From: Saccostrea echinata
Taxonomy: Eukaryota
NCBI RefSeq assembly: GCF_033153115.1
Contig: NW_026889753.1
Coordinates: 9,548,001-9,612,000, forward strand
Length of the DNA: 64,000 nt
Direction: 5' to 3'
Part shown: in pieces, positions 42,046 through 56,452 of the stretch
Numbering within the stretch: position 1 is the stretch's first letter
Layout of the letters: every line of letters starts with the position of its first letter
Translations under genes and position numbers: made by a program
The notes under the pieces: model-generated
The model's input: the letters and a program-made list of their open reading frames with translations, nothing else
Databases searched by the model: none
Told to the model about the DNA's origin: nothing

Positions 42046-43311
42046 TGTCAACTGGAGATATCAAAATGAGAAATTTAGAACTTATAAATAAAATAACTCT
42101 AAGGAATGCAAAAGGGTTCACCATGAAAGATTTTGCATGCAGCAGAGATTTCCTTCTCAACTTAAAAGAAAGTTCAAACTGCTAATAAAATGGCAAAATC
42201 AAAGTGGAAGTGACATATAGCTGTGACCTTCACACATCAAAGATCCTCTGTATACAGCAACAAATTAAACCAAAATATTTTTAGAAATTTATTTTTGGCA
42301 TCTCCTGTATGTAAATGTATAACAAGATTGTTTATATACATCTCCATTAAATGGAGTTATAACATTTTCATAATCTCTTGGTCATACAAAATAATCGACA
42401 ACCACCTTAATCACACGTAACAATCACACACCCTCACACATGTCCATTCACTGACATAAACATACACCAAAATTATTTCTGACAATCATGCATTTGACAT
42501 TTACATCAATGAAATCCATGCTTTTGCTCAACTCACACAAATCATACATACATGTAACATTTCCTTCTATTTTCAGGAATATCCTCAGAATCTTGATTTT
42601 TCCAACAGCAAAAAACACTTTTACAATTCCAATGTACAAATATGTCAATGCCCTTACCTGATTAGTTTTCCATCAGCCATTCATTGGGAAGTTGCTAATT
42701 GACTAGTGTATCAGTTTGAACACTTTAGAAGGTCAACATAACAAAGATGTAATGATTCTATAAGGCAAACAGTTTGTACTGAATACTGTTAATACAACTT
42801 GTGAGACAATTCATGGATTGCAACCTTAGTTCTATCCTGTACCATATCTAGTTTCAGTACACGTTTATTTAAAAAAAAATTATATATAAATATATAAAAA
42901 ATAAAAATTCACATATCCCGTTTCTTTGGGAAATGTTTTGATTACATTATTTTTTTTTTTTGGTCTTAAGATACGTAATTTTGAATAGTTCACTTTTCAA
43001 GAGTGTCTCTTTCTTCCAATATTTCTAAGCTTACAAAGGAAAAAGTACATTTGCATATAAACAACCTTTGATATTCAGAAAACCCCTGAAGTTCTGCAAT
43101 AAACTTTATAATCTCCAGCACTTGTAAGTTTCCAGTCTGTAAGTTCTATTTATGTAAGTTAATCTTGTAAGCCCATCAACTTGTTAATCTTCAAGACTCC
43201 ACCATGCTTATCTAACAGATAAAATTCTGAATTCCATATACTCCATTCTTCTTGCGAAACGCAATGTCCCTTGAGTAACAGTAGGTCTATTTACAACAGG
43301 GCAAAAGAATG

Positions 43312-46300
43312 CTAAACTGGTGGTCCGTTAACACCTGGGTGTAGGAATGAACACGTGTTTCCTCTCCGACAACCACCTGCAGCAAAATGACGACAAACGG
43401 CTCGATCTCCATTCACTGAAACAAAAAGTTGACTTGTTCAAGAAATTCTTGTTACAATTTGAAAATAACTCGAATATGTATAAAGCTTATAAAGAATAGC
43501 AGAATATGACTTATGGTATTTTAGGCTGCAATTGTTTCTTCACTACACAAGTTTCATCTCTTTGTTGCCCACCATTATGCACATGTATATGCATGTCTGT
43601 ATTTGCATGTCAACAAAAATTATATTTACCTTGTCTAACTCTGCCCCCTCTTCCTCCCCTCATTGGAGGGCCCATTGGAGGGCCACCAGGTATTCCTGGA
43701 GGAGGACCACGGGGTCCCCCACCTCTCATAGGTATACCAGCTCGACCTCTTCCCCTCATAGGAGGACCTCCAATCATGTTTTCTCCCCATTCATCGCTGC
43801 CAGGGCCACCTAATGCCATAAAATCAAAAAGTCAACCTTGATAAATGAACAAAACGTTGCATGACATTTGACATGCACAGTTTCTTTTTTAAAATAAACA
43901 TACAATGTCATACCTGGGAATCTCTGAGGACCCCCTGGTCCCATCATGGGAAACCCTGGAGGAGCTGCTCCTAAGATTCCACCTGGAGGTGGTCCTATCA
44001 TTCCCTGTCCTGGGGGAGGCATTCTCATACCTGGACCAGGTGGGTGCATAGGTCCCATTACTAAAAGGTACACAAAAAATTAAAATCAAGAATAAGTGTC
44101 TCTTTAAGGAGTTTATCTCATTTATTACAATTTTTTTCATTAGTCTAAGCTTTAAGGTAACAATAATTTACCTCCAGGATTCTGCATTGATTGGAATGGT
44201 TCAAGAATTTGTTTCAGTTTGTCAAAGGCATCCCCTGTTTTATTAGGATCTCCAACTGTTCCCTGCAAGTCCAGAAAGTAAAGGTACATATCAATACAAC
44301 TGTATTTGAAGAAGTACCAACATAATGCCAGAATTCTATTTAGATGGTACAGTAAAACTTGTTGAATCCGGATGTTGTGCATTCCGGCATGTTGTTCAGT
44401 CCGGCGTAATATTTTAGTCCCAAGAATTTTCTTTATAATTTATGTTTAATAAATGTTGTTCAATCCGGATCTTGCCTATTCTGTAAACCGGCCGCCTATT
44501 TGAAGAACTAACTGCTCATAATTAGTACAAATTATCTCCTCTAATCCGGCCACTTATTTTTACCTGTGCCCGCTGGTCATTACCGAAGTCTTGTGTGGGG
44601 TAATTATTGTCCCGTTAATGATCTCTCCTTTATCGACAGTTTAGCTTTTAACAAACGCGATAAATAAATCATTAATTGCTCAAGTTAGGGGATGGTTGCG
44701 TGAAGCATGTCTGTAGAAAAACTTGGAGACTTATTCATGACCTCCTTTCTACTTTCGTTTTGCGTGCACGACGTTGCAATTCGAATTACTTCCCTTTGTG
44801 TCGCTAGTTTACATCGACCATAACGACAGAAGATTTTTTTTCCAATATTCATTAAAACGTTTGAAATTAACAAATACATTGTCAAAATATTCAAACATAT
44901 TAATTTTAAAAGAAAGAAATTAATTAGCAATCTGTCCCTAACAAAATAATATTTACAGCTACGATGATGTTTTGGAGTGTGTTTAAAATATTTAACGATT
45001 TTCAAATTTAATAAATGACCAAGAGATATCATATTTCGTTACTGAATAAAAAACTTTAAACAGAAATGAAAATTATGAAAAACAGAGTTCAAAACAAACG
45101 AAACAGACGATTTTTTCAAGTGAAACGTTTGATCAAGTATTTATTTACCACTCTTTGTTTATATCTATGTAATTTTTATCTTGCTATAACGGTTCAATTT
45201 TCTCCAATCCGGATGTTGTCTAATCCGACCAAAAATTTTGGAACCACTGGTCGCCGGATTAGACAAGTTTTACTGTATAAAGATAAGGAATATGTTCTTA
45301 CCATCATTGATGCCAGGATATTCTGAGCACTGGCTGGGTCTAAGTTTGGTGGAAGTCCCCCTCCCTGTTGGAATGTTTGCAGTACGCCTGCAATATCTGG
45401 TGGTATATTAAGCTGACCAAAAATAGCATTGGGGTCAGGGGTAGCATTACCAGCAGAGGACTCAGTTGTGGTTGGGTTAACATGTGTGAAAACATCCTCT
45501 CCTGTGGAGTTTTCCTGTGGAGTCAAAAAGCAAGTCCAGTATATCCCAGAATTTTTCTACATCCTGATTAAGACTATTACATGTATGTACAACTACTGTA
45601 TGTCATTATCTAGATTGTGCATATTGTATTTAACAGTAATGAAATGCCTAAAGGTACTTTAACTTACATCTTCAAGGGGAATAAATTTTGGATCTGCAGG
45701 TTCTACTGTTTCTAGGTCAGGTTCACTCGGTGTGTCAGGAAGCCTGCAATGAAGCAGTAGATTTAATATGAATACTCAGATGAGTCAAAAAAAAAAATCT
45801 TACCTATAAGTGTATGCAAAAATGTCAAATTTACTGTTGTAGGTAAAATTACACACACAGTGTATACTTCACTTTTTCTTAAAATAATCATAACTGCATA
45901 TGTTCATGTATTACTTGCAATCTTCATTCAATTTTGACAGGTACCTGCTGGCCTTACTTACATTTCTTTGGTGAAGAAGATGGCTTGTAGAACACTTTTT
46001 TCTCTATCTTTCTGTATCTGTTTTTCTTTGCTCTGATAACCAGGTTCAACATTCACCACTAAATCTGTTATTAATGGAGGCCTTCTCCACTGTAAAGATA
46101 ACCCAACACTCAATTCACAGTAAGTGACTTTTATATGCAAGACTCTGTCCCCATTGAAATGGGCAAAGATGTAACTTATGAAGAAAGACAACTTTTACAA
46201 TGAGTAAATTACATGTACACATTAACTTACAGGAATAGCTTCCACCATGTTGTCTTTGGTCTGTCTTCTTGCAGATTCCATCACCTGTCAAATATATTTC

Positions 46301-49300
46301 ATGCATGTATAGTGACCTTAAAAATTCTGCTAGTAATTACAAGTTATCATTTGCCTACCAAAACAATATAGAACCAAAGCATGTCTACCTTCCTATCCAT
46401 ATGTGCTTCTTGTTTCTTTAGCTGGTTAAAGTCCTTTGGTCTATTTACATTTTCTGTAAAGGTAAAAAAATTAAATAAATAATACATAGTTTTCATGTTG
46501 GCAATATGTTTCAGCTAGCTTGTTTTCAGTCACTAAGAATAAATTAATGAAGGCTGTCTGTACCTCTCTCCGTCTCATCCAGTTCAAAGTAATGGAATAA
46601 TCGTAGACTGGAGTCCTCAGCCCAAGACACTTTCTTGTTTTTCTTCTTTTTCCCTGTAGCACCTGTTGTCAGAAGACCTTTAGATTCCCCGGACTTTTCA
46701 TCTGTGTCCATTGCTTCTCCATTTGTTTCAGAACCTTTATTGAGTATTTCAAGACAATTATATAGGTACACTTTAAAAATGAATATTGATTTGTCATCTT
46801 ATTTTCAGTTTGCATGGACAGCACTAGATTTAAACAATATTTTGTTTATTTCAAAAAACAGCAAAAAAAAAAACAAAAAACAAAAAACAAAAAAACAAAA
46901 AAACTCTTTTACAAGTCAAAAACAAGGTTCAATTATTTTGTTTTCAAAATTTACCCTCTTTCAAAGCATCAGTCATTTCCACATCTTCTGAAGTTTTATT
47001 CTCCTCTAGAGTGGGTGGGGCAGTTTCTTTGTCATTTTTTTCTGTGGGGGAAGGGCTCCTCTTATCTAAAATAGGAGGACTTGGGCTTCTTTTCTCTTCA
47101 GTAGGTGTTTCCAGCGTGTCTTTGTAAAACTATCAAAATCATAAATTTTATCATATCAGTCTTATTTCTACTTTTCCCATAACAGTAACACCTTGATTAC
47201 AGACACCTTAAAACAATATTAATTACAAATGTATACTCATTTGCAAACAAAGTCAGTATATACCTGGTACATTTTTTTCTCTTTCAATTTAATAAAACTT
47301 TGAAACTACATCTTCCTTATTGAAACAAGGCAAAATAAAACCCCCACTGATAAAAACAAAAGAGAGTGATCCTATTTGAGGACTTACAGATGGAACAACA
47401 GGAAGTGAGTTTTTGATGGCAGTGGTTGGAGAGATTGGAGTATGGGGTGATGTAGGCGTTGGGGGTTTGGCAGTAATCGGAGTTGTTGGACCTCGGGAGG
47501 CACCAGGTACTGAGGTTATTGCCACTGTGGCACCAGTTTTCTTTTTCCTACGTATAACCCCAGTAGGACGGTCCGGAAGGAGAGAGTCAATGAAATTTGT
47601 ACTCTCGTGTATCACAGCTGAAAGTCAACATGAATCATAATATAAATTTACACAGTAAACACTTCTACTTCTCTAAAAAAAACCAATCTTGTCACAGCAA
47701 GATATCAATGAGTCAGACACAAACATAATGAACTCAGAATATCAGCTTTTTGACAGAGATTTTTCCCCCTAATAGTGTGTAAACATTCAACATATATACT
47801 TGATCACTTACTTTTGGGTTTAGGCGGTGTAATTTTGATTTGCTTGTGTACATCTGCAGGAGAAGCTGTGGTGGGGGATTGAGCAGGTGGTTGCTCCAAT
47901 GTGCCATCCTCTGTGGACCCACCCTCCAAGCGGGACCGCTTTCCTGGTGGTTGCTCCTCCTTTGGTTTCAATTCCGACCTTTAATAAAATTGATAAATTA
48001 GAAGTGTCATTTAGCAATTATCATCTTAGTGTATGTAAATAGCAGTAGCTTTGAAAGACAATCTTATCAAGTTTATTTATTTATGTCATGCTTACCCTTG
48101 CCTTTTCTGTTGTGACTTGCTTGGGTCATTTGACAGTTTCTTTGATTGTTTGGTCACAATGTCCTCCTCCAAACCTATAAAATATAGCATTCATAGAGTG
48201 AAAAAAATCAAAAATCTTCAACAAACTCATCAATTATCACATCAAATAGAAAGATGAAATAAAATCACACCTGTTGACCTGAACTTTGTGTTAGGTCTTT
48301 TTACTGTGGAAGCTCGTTTCTTGTCTGGTTTGGAATCTTTATGAAGGCTATCTGACTTAGATTTATCACTGTCTGACACAGGAGGTCTTTCTATCTTAAT
48401 ATGAAGCTTAAGTCCATTAGTTTTTGTCACAACACCTAATGAGTCTTTAATGCTCACATCCTCACTAAGTTTTTCCTCTTTAGTTCTATGTTTGGAGTAT
48501 TTCTCCTCTTTAGATTTCTCACTATTCTTTCGGTTTTCATCAGATTCCTTGTCTCTATCACTCTTTTTACTTTTCTCTTTGTCCGACTTCTTCTTTTTAG
48601 ATTCACCTGAAAACAACACATTACCAGCAATTACAGCATCAGATTTAAAAACTTAAAAATTTCAATGTTCTCCTAATAAAGTCATCATTATATTTCTCCA
48701 GTAAAAATACAATGTAAATTGGTGAAAATAACTTTACTAAATTTTCTAATCAAGTAAATTAAATATTTACACATGTACGTACCTGATACTTCATTATTCT
48801 TTCCTCTGACCTTCTCCATCCACTTATCAACAATATCAGATGACATTGTTTTGACAGCTATGAAGGAAATATAGAAACAGACTATCAAATGTGCATTGCA
48901 ATTACATTACAGATGTATAATTTACAATAATATACTCACTGGGTATATATGAGGGTGGTTTTTATGATACTTTATCAAAAAAAAAAAGACTAGTAATACA
49001 TGCAATTTTTTTTTGGCACAGTTGCTGGCTAATGATAGGGCAAATTACGGTCCAAAAAATCTTGAGGTATACTGTACTGAAAGGAGCCTCTTTCACTCCC
49101 TCATCAGGCAAGGAGGCAGAGTAATCAAGAGCATGCGAGCATGAAATGTAATGAAATGAAGGGCAACAAAGCAGAACCATTGCTAGTGATTGCAGAATAA
49201 GGATCATCCTCACATTGCCCCCACCCCCAAACCCTGGTGTTGCTGCCCTTGTATACTTGTTTCATTGTATTGTCATATTTACAGTATCAGTCCCTGATGC

Positions 49301-52300
49301 TGTCTTGCCTCAAGGTAGTACAATGTAGCAGGCCCTACTGGTACAACATAATGATACACAAGAGCAATCAATCAATACTGTGGATTAAAACTCACTTTCA
49401 TTGTCACATTTAGAAAAGGCTTTGATGGTCTTGGCAGAGTTGTTTTGCTTTAACAGTTCCACTGTAACTGGAAGTTGCTGGAATACTTTAAGCATTTCTA
49501 CCAGGACTGGGTAATTCTCCGATTCTTTACAGTCTTGTAGCCAACTATTGAGGACATCCCAACCTCCCACCTCAATAAACCTACAGGTATCATCAAAAAT
49601 AAATCTCAGAAATTAACATTTTTCTGCTCGTCAGAATGTTTTTCCAATTTTTTTTTTTTTTTAATTTTGTACATGTACTTCAACAGTACATTTAGCTTGT
49701 TTCAATTTTATGCCAACTTAGATTGCATGAAAAATGTTGATAGTGTACGAGCTTTATCTTACTTTTCCAAAGTTTTCTCAGATTCTGTAGCTCTGAGGAT
49801 GTTGATGTAAACACATCTGCTTACAAGCTTGTTTGCTTCTTTCATCAAGCTAACTATTCTGGATGTTTCAGTTGGACTTTTGATGGCACCATTTGGTGTT
49901 AACAAGGGAGCTAGTCCCTTTAACAACTGATGGGGATCTATTGGGGCCTGTAAAAAGTTTGTCAGTGTTAATTTTAAGTACTTCAAAGATGCAAATTCAT
50001 CAATCCTTAATATACTCATATATGTGAACTCAGAAATCCTTCCTGAATACCGGAAATGAAAATCATTGTTTGCTTCTAAAATCATTTTCATATTAATTAT
50101 TAAAATGGACTTCTTTTCTTCTCAATCATAAACAGGGGGGTATTTCCAGAAGCCAAAAATGTTTCTATTGAGAATAAACATTACAAATTTAGTACTGTTC
50201 TAGAACTCTTAATGATCAATATTGGGAATTTGCAATACTTTCTAGAGGCTTCAGACTAAGTATCAAATTAAATTATAATTAGGCTATAATTATTTTCATG
50301 TATATCTTATTAATTTTATCTGTGTCTGTGTATATATTTTGGCCTTATGTAGAGTCAAACCTTTAATTTCATAAAGAAATAAAACATTTGCTCTTGGCCT
50401 TATATGTATTCATGTATGCAGTATGTTTTTGAAAGTTATTAATTTTCAAACCATTGCACTCGTTTCTTTCTCTCATAAACCTTGAACACAGCATTCAACT
50501 TTCATTAGTTCTATGCAAATCTTTTTTACACTAAATGATGAATTCAAGCATCAATTTTGCTCCAAATCTTACTTCCAACAAGTATAATTTGCTTTTCCCC
50601 ATGTAAATTTCATTAAAAATCTTTTGGATTTTAATGTCTTTTAGTGGGATAACTGGTTTTATTCAGTTTTACTGCCTTGAACAATGTAAACTCAGCTATA
50701 CTGCACTTAAGTATTACTACTAAGATGCTTCCATAGTGTCTAACTCTTATTCCTTAATGCCTCAAATAAATGTTACCTTTCTTTCCCAGGTAGTGTATCA
50801 ATGATTTTCTAAATCTATCAGGCATAAAGAGTGCTTTCTTTTTTTTATATGAAATATCAAATCTGCAATTTAGATTGTGTATCTTGAGAAAATCCCCCAA
50901 AACAACACACACAAGATAATGAATCAGGAAGTACTTCTTGTTTTCCGTTTAAAGCCTTTCGTTGACTGACAATGAATTTATCATACATACCACATATGAA
51001 ATTTTGTTCATTTCCTTCCCATAACTTAGTAAATTTACTAAATCATATATTTTGTCTTGTATTTTTTAAATCTATTTTTATCAAAAGGGGCATCAAAAAA
51101 CTACTGAAGGACACAAACACTCACAATGATGGTGTTGAATTAGAATTCATCCATGACCTCCGATAAAACCTTGGCCAAATAAGAACCTATTCACCTCATA
51201 TTGTTATAATTAGTGAATTACATGTACTTGAAGCTTTATAATCTCAAGACAAGATACTGTACAGTTCATTTGTCAATTTCATGACACCCCCCCCCCCCTT
51301 TAATCAGTTTCTCCAACATAAAAATAAGTGTAACTGAGCCAGACTTTATCCCTTTATCCAGTGTTCTATATAAAATTTAAATGAAAAAGAAAATTCAAAT
51401 GATCTCAAGTAAATCCACTGAATTTAATCAGGGCTCTCAATTGTCTTTAATTTGGGCCAATGAAAGTCTTCTGTTCTGAATTTTTAAGAAATGGTACCTT
51501 TTTCCCCAAATGAATTCCCCCCCCCTCCCCCCCAAAGAACATATATTTGGATATATACGATTTTGGATATGACAATGAACCTTGATATTCATATTATTGT
51601 GTGTGTTGCAAAACAGTAAAAATCAAAGCTGATAACAAAATATGACAAGTCTTTATGTATAATGATTTTCCAAATATTTCCCCATATGACATGAGAGCAC
51701 TGCTTATAAAAACATAAAGGTGTGTAATGCTGCATCTAAGCTGAAGAAATTTTGTTTCTCACAACCAATAATGTTTAATGTGGCATTTTAAATTTGGATT
51801 CTAGAAAAGTTAAGAGGGTCTTTATAGAATAAAGCAGATGAAAAAGTAAATGGATAGGCAGTAAAACTTAAATTCATTTGTCAGTTCTATCTTAAAGCCC
51901 CGATACCTTTATGATTAGTAGGACATTACAATCAATGAAGCTTATTAAAATCACTGAATCTCATCCTTTTAGTTCAAATAAACAAAGACCAGTTTGTTTC
52001 ATTTTCCTGCGTTTTCTGTAGAGTTTGTGCTTCATTTTCACTTGCCTTTATTATGCCTTTGGACTGTTCTTTGATAACATATTGTACTAACAGATACATG
52101 TACAAAGAGCTAGGTTCACTTTATGTACATTGTATAAAATGGCCCTGTTCATAGATCAACTAATCAGCTGTCTCCATGTCCTATATCGAGCACTAAAATA
52201 GAGACTATGTTTTCAAATCATATCAAAAAGCTCTTTTTCAATGTCCACATTCGAGAAACAGCTTTGCAGATCTGTTGTGTATTTGAATTTTTCAGACAAA

Positions 52301-53058
52301 AATGCGCATTTTGAGTACACTCAACACAGATACTTAGCAGGAGCCCAGCCAATGATGAATTTCTTTAATAGTTATATCAATATTTACTTGGAATTTTTAG
52401 ATCAGAGATAAGACTCTATTAAAATATTGCAAAACACCTTGATATAATTCTCATTTTGGAATTTTTTTTAATGCATTGTAAATAATGATGCATTTCATCA
52501 TATCACAATACAAAGACTAGTTATAAAATTATGTCATTTTAGCAGATGTATATTTAGTCATCATGAGCCAAATTGATATTTAACACAATGTCGGTGAACA
52601 TTGAACATTTTTTTTTTTTTTTAAATTATAATTTTACATGGCCAAATATGGCCCTTGGTGAACCTTGCTCTTATATATCAATTTATTCCTTGATCTGATA
52701 ATTTCCTCCTTTCCTTTTGTTCATACAGGGCCAGAAAATGTTCTACTTTCATCCCAAAGTTGATGACCTCTCCAGTTGTGCTAGACTTCAAGATCTTTTT
52801 GTCTGGGATACATACCTCCGATTTACTGGAATTTTCCTCAGAAAAAGACCACTTCTATAATATAACTCTAATAATATGTAATTTAAAATTTCAATGTTTT
52901 CAAAATAAATTTTATATCTTCAATAAAAGAGAATGCTGTTTTCAAGGTCTTATATCCCCACTTTCACTCCTTTTGCAAACACACTGGATTTAACACACAT
53001 GTTTTCAGCATCTTTTTTTTTTATTCTGTTGTTCTGTGTTATGATAGAAAATTACCAT
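43312..53058 (-). CDS. PPP1R10: Protein phosphatase 1 regulatory subunit 10 (PNUTS), about 887 aa, 19 coding exons
   Basis: Exons 53058-53056 (ATG only), 49947-49763, 49580-49396, 48857-48783, 48606-48271, 48174-48096, 47978-47812, 47617-47388, 47129-46955, 46734-46564, 46453-46389, 46284-46231, 46089-45962, 45743-45668, 45514-45302, 44262-44172, 44060-43914, 43809-43630, 43415-43312 (2664 nt, open). N-terminus [17 protein letters not shown]-like domain, PP1-docking KVSW (46622-46633) followed by [12 protein letters not shown]/Pro-rich region, C-terminal CCCH finger [27 protein letters not shown]. Confidence 0.95.
44350..45275. mobile_element. Tc1/mariner (pogo/Tigger-like) non-autonomous element, TA TSD
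   Basis: TA|CAGTAAAACTTGTTGAATCCGG ... CCGGATTAGACAAGTTTTACTG|TA. Subterminal AATCCGG repeats. Confidence 0.85.
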
Positions 53059-54577
53059 TTTATTTTAATATTTTTCATCTGGGATGATTATTATTATCAG
53101 AGAGCAAGGGAAAATGATTGCGTTCTTGACTTTAATCGACCATTGTTCCACGCAGCAGACTACAGCAATCTGAAAAGAGAAAAAAAAGGACTTTTAAGGT
53201 TTTTGTTTTTTTTTTTCATTCAACTATGATCAAACTCATATCTAAGCTATATGACAATTGAAGCTGCAAAATCAAGTTCAATAACTTGACTGTATGAATG
53301 TTTTGCTAGTTGAGTGAAGGTGTAGGTCATTGATGTGACCAAGTATCAAGAGAACCTGTGTCCAATATGGTTAAAACCAGGCAGGTACCCTGTAACAACG
53401 AACTATTCAATCTAGTGATTGAATCTAGTTTAAGTTGGTAAAGAGTGTTGATGAAATAATAATGGGTAGACTAGTTTTGTTGTTCTTTCCTTAAAATTTA
53501 AACATTGCTGCAATTCGAAACAAGCTACTTTTTTATCAAGTTTTTTTGATAAATAAATCTATAGAACTTTTTTTTTTCAAATAAAATTCCTGCCAGCCCT
53601 ACCCCGCACTGAAATAGCAGTAAGTGTTTTTACACCAAATGGATATTCTTTCATGCAATGCCATACTGTTCTGAAAAATTCATTTTATCAGAATTTTAGC
53701 AGGGGAAATTCTGATCTATTTCTTTAGTTCTCTCCCTTGGTAGGTTATGAATTCAGTCATTCACAGAACTGTTCCTCTGTCCAATACAAAGACAGTTACA
53801 TTTTGTATTTCTACCCGAGTGTACACATTCAACTTAATTTACATAGTCAAAGACGCTTAAAAGATTTGAATGCTTTCCTGTAAAAACTTCAACTAATGGG
53901 TAGCTAATGGATCATTTTCCCACTATTTTCCTCTTTTATGTACAAATTCTTCCTCCTGAAATTTCTTCATTATATAAAAATAATTCAATGCCACAAAACA
54001 AAAAGTTGACAAGGAAATAAATCTCAACACATAAAATTTTAAAATTTACCTACAGTTAACAGGGTTAGAGTATTTCATAATGTTGCAAGAGTATTGCCAA
54101 AATTGTTAGAGATAATTTTCCAGGAGCATTCTACGATCAAAAACCGAAAAAACTTGTAATTTCTTGTACCTTACATTTAATACAGAAAAACCAGTTGGTA
54201 GCTGATAAATTTGTCTTGCTTTAGTCTTTTCATCAATAATGTTCACTAAGTACCTCATATGACACAATGGCCTATAACAGGAATTCGACACTTTAAGAAG
54301 TGCAATGAAATCATGATGGAGTTAAGACTATAATCATGAAATGATGCAAATTGTAAATCTCTTTTTTTATGCATATTCTATATTTAATTTAGGGATTTTG
54401 TAACTGATATTAAATCAATCAATCAATCAGCGTGATTTAAATATACATGAGATTCAACACCGGTCCAATGGTTATAGAGATATTTTAAGAACAAGACAAA
54501 AAAATTGCCTCTCCAAAAAGTATATTTTAGTGTAGTAGGTTGCAAAAAATCTTTTACTTTATTAAATTAGATATATT

Positions 54578-54747
54578 TACAGAAGCCCATTTACGACCTA
54601 TCAAAAAATATTTTCAAATTCGATATAACGAATTGTAGAATTTGTTATAATTGAATTGAATTGTAGAAACTGTTATAATGAATTAAATTCGTTATATCTA
54701 ATTAATTCAAAAATATTTTTTGATAGGTCCTAAATGAGCTTCCGTAT
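54578..54747. mobile_element. Palindromic MITE in PPP1R10 intron 1
   Basis: TACAGAAGCCCATTTACGACCTATCAAAAAATATTTT / AAAATATTTTTTGATAGGTCCTAAATGAGCTTCCGTA. Confidence 0.7.
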
Positions 54748-55580
54748 ATATTGAATAATCCTTTAAATAAGAAAAAATATATATATTTATAGAACAAAGA
54801 AAATACATCAATGTACATGTATTTTTATTTTTAAATCTTAGTCATGATTTTTGTGAAAAAGGTTCCAGATTCCTACCATATTATCACAGTATATGTACTA
54901 TTGCCATACTCATAATCTCTTCCTTTAGGCCTAATTATTAGTAAACATGGTATATAACCAAACTTTTACTCTGTTCTTTGTTTTGATACCAGCAATAATT
55001 AATTAGCACATCTATCTAAATCTAAACGTCCTTGATCCACCAAAGGTCGGACTATCATACGAGTTATGACGTCACATATGGGTGTATAGTAGGCCTTACT
55101 CAAAGGGTACGATAAATAAATCCCGTTTCCATGGTTACATAGATTACATAATCATGTGTTAAGCTGCCCTACATTTCGTCATGGTTGCAAGATGACATGA
55201 CTGTAGAACGGCAGCCATGTTCTTTTTCACATAAAAAAAACTTAGCTTACTAATAAAGTATATACAATAAAGTGAATATGTTTAAAAATAATACAGAAAG
55301 ATACAAAAATACGTATATCAATCATTTTATACCCCATTATAATATGTCAAAGCTACGACATACAAATTATGCCCTATAGTTTATAGGTTATTCGGTCTTC
55401 TCCAGGAGGACCCATAATATCCGACAGAGCACATATTTTCTCTCCCATTCACAATGTAATTTGAAAGATTCTTTAATAAGATTTTATCTATAGTAAACTT
55501 TTATAATATTTTACAATATCAAATCGTTAAACTTAACGTGTTATACAAATAAACAATATGGTAACCAACCAACAACTTAC

Positions 55581-55985
55581 GATCGAATTAGTGAATCCTT
55601 GTCCTGTCTAGGCTTTATGTTCAGCCTTTATACGGTTACTTATGGTCAAAGAAATATTGTGGAATTATCACGTTCCACAATTTATACATGAGAAAATAGA
55701 TCAAAACAGCAGTATTTCAAGCAAATATGGAGTCTTCTATAAATCGCTAAATCCAACGGCCGTTGTCACATGTGAAGAATATAGCGAAGAGTGTTGATAG
55801 TTTTGATTAATATTTAAGAAAAATAATAATAAAATTTGGAGGAATTAAAAATTTAGATGCAATTTACACAACCAGTCTCATGTACGTTTCAACCTATCCC
55901 TAGCCGTTACAGTAAACGAATGCGGTAGCACTGTCGGCAATGTTGTGACGTCACTGGTCGAGCTCAAGAAAGAGAACAGTAAGGA
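55581..55985. promoter_or_regulatory. Bidirectional promoter and non-coding first exons of PPP1R10 (minus) and MRPS18B (plus)
   Basis: Minus-strand donor GATC|GTAAGT at 55581/55580 and plus-strand donor AACA|GTAAGG at 55978/55979 face outward. Palindromic CRE TGACGTCA at 55946-55953. CpG-richer than the flanks. Confidence 0.55.
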
Positions 55986-56452
55986 AATAGAGTTATCAAA
56001 GTCAGTTTTCATTTTATTATTACTTGCTTTTTTCAAATCACTGCAATTTGGTATAAATATCGTTAAAAATGACCAAATTATCTCTTTTTAAGAGAAGGAG
56101 TCAGTAATTACCTTTTAACACTGTTTACTTCAATTTATATAACACGCTTATCCCATTCGTCTCACAGTATTACAATGCAAAAATTTAGGTCAATGTTACA
56201 AGAAACAAAAGCATTTAATACGTATTAAAATGAGGCCAATTTAACCTTTTGTGCATGCTGTAAATGGATATACTTTTTACATTTTTGAATATTTTTCATT
56301 CATCGTGACTTTATTTTTGCAAAGATTGTGTTTTATTAAATATCAAGGGTGAATCTATTTAAACAGAATAGGTGTTTTTCAAGTCTCCCCCTTCTTATGA
56401 TATAGACTCAACCAAACGTTTTCTCGATGCAGATCAAAGTGAAAGTAGAATC

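Noticed and set aside
43506-43841. Plus-strand Pro/Gly-rich ORFs, and similar antisense ORFs over 33533-33802, 46635-46991 and 47413-47640
   Set aside because: Antisense shadows of real PPP1R10 and AXDND1 exons.
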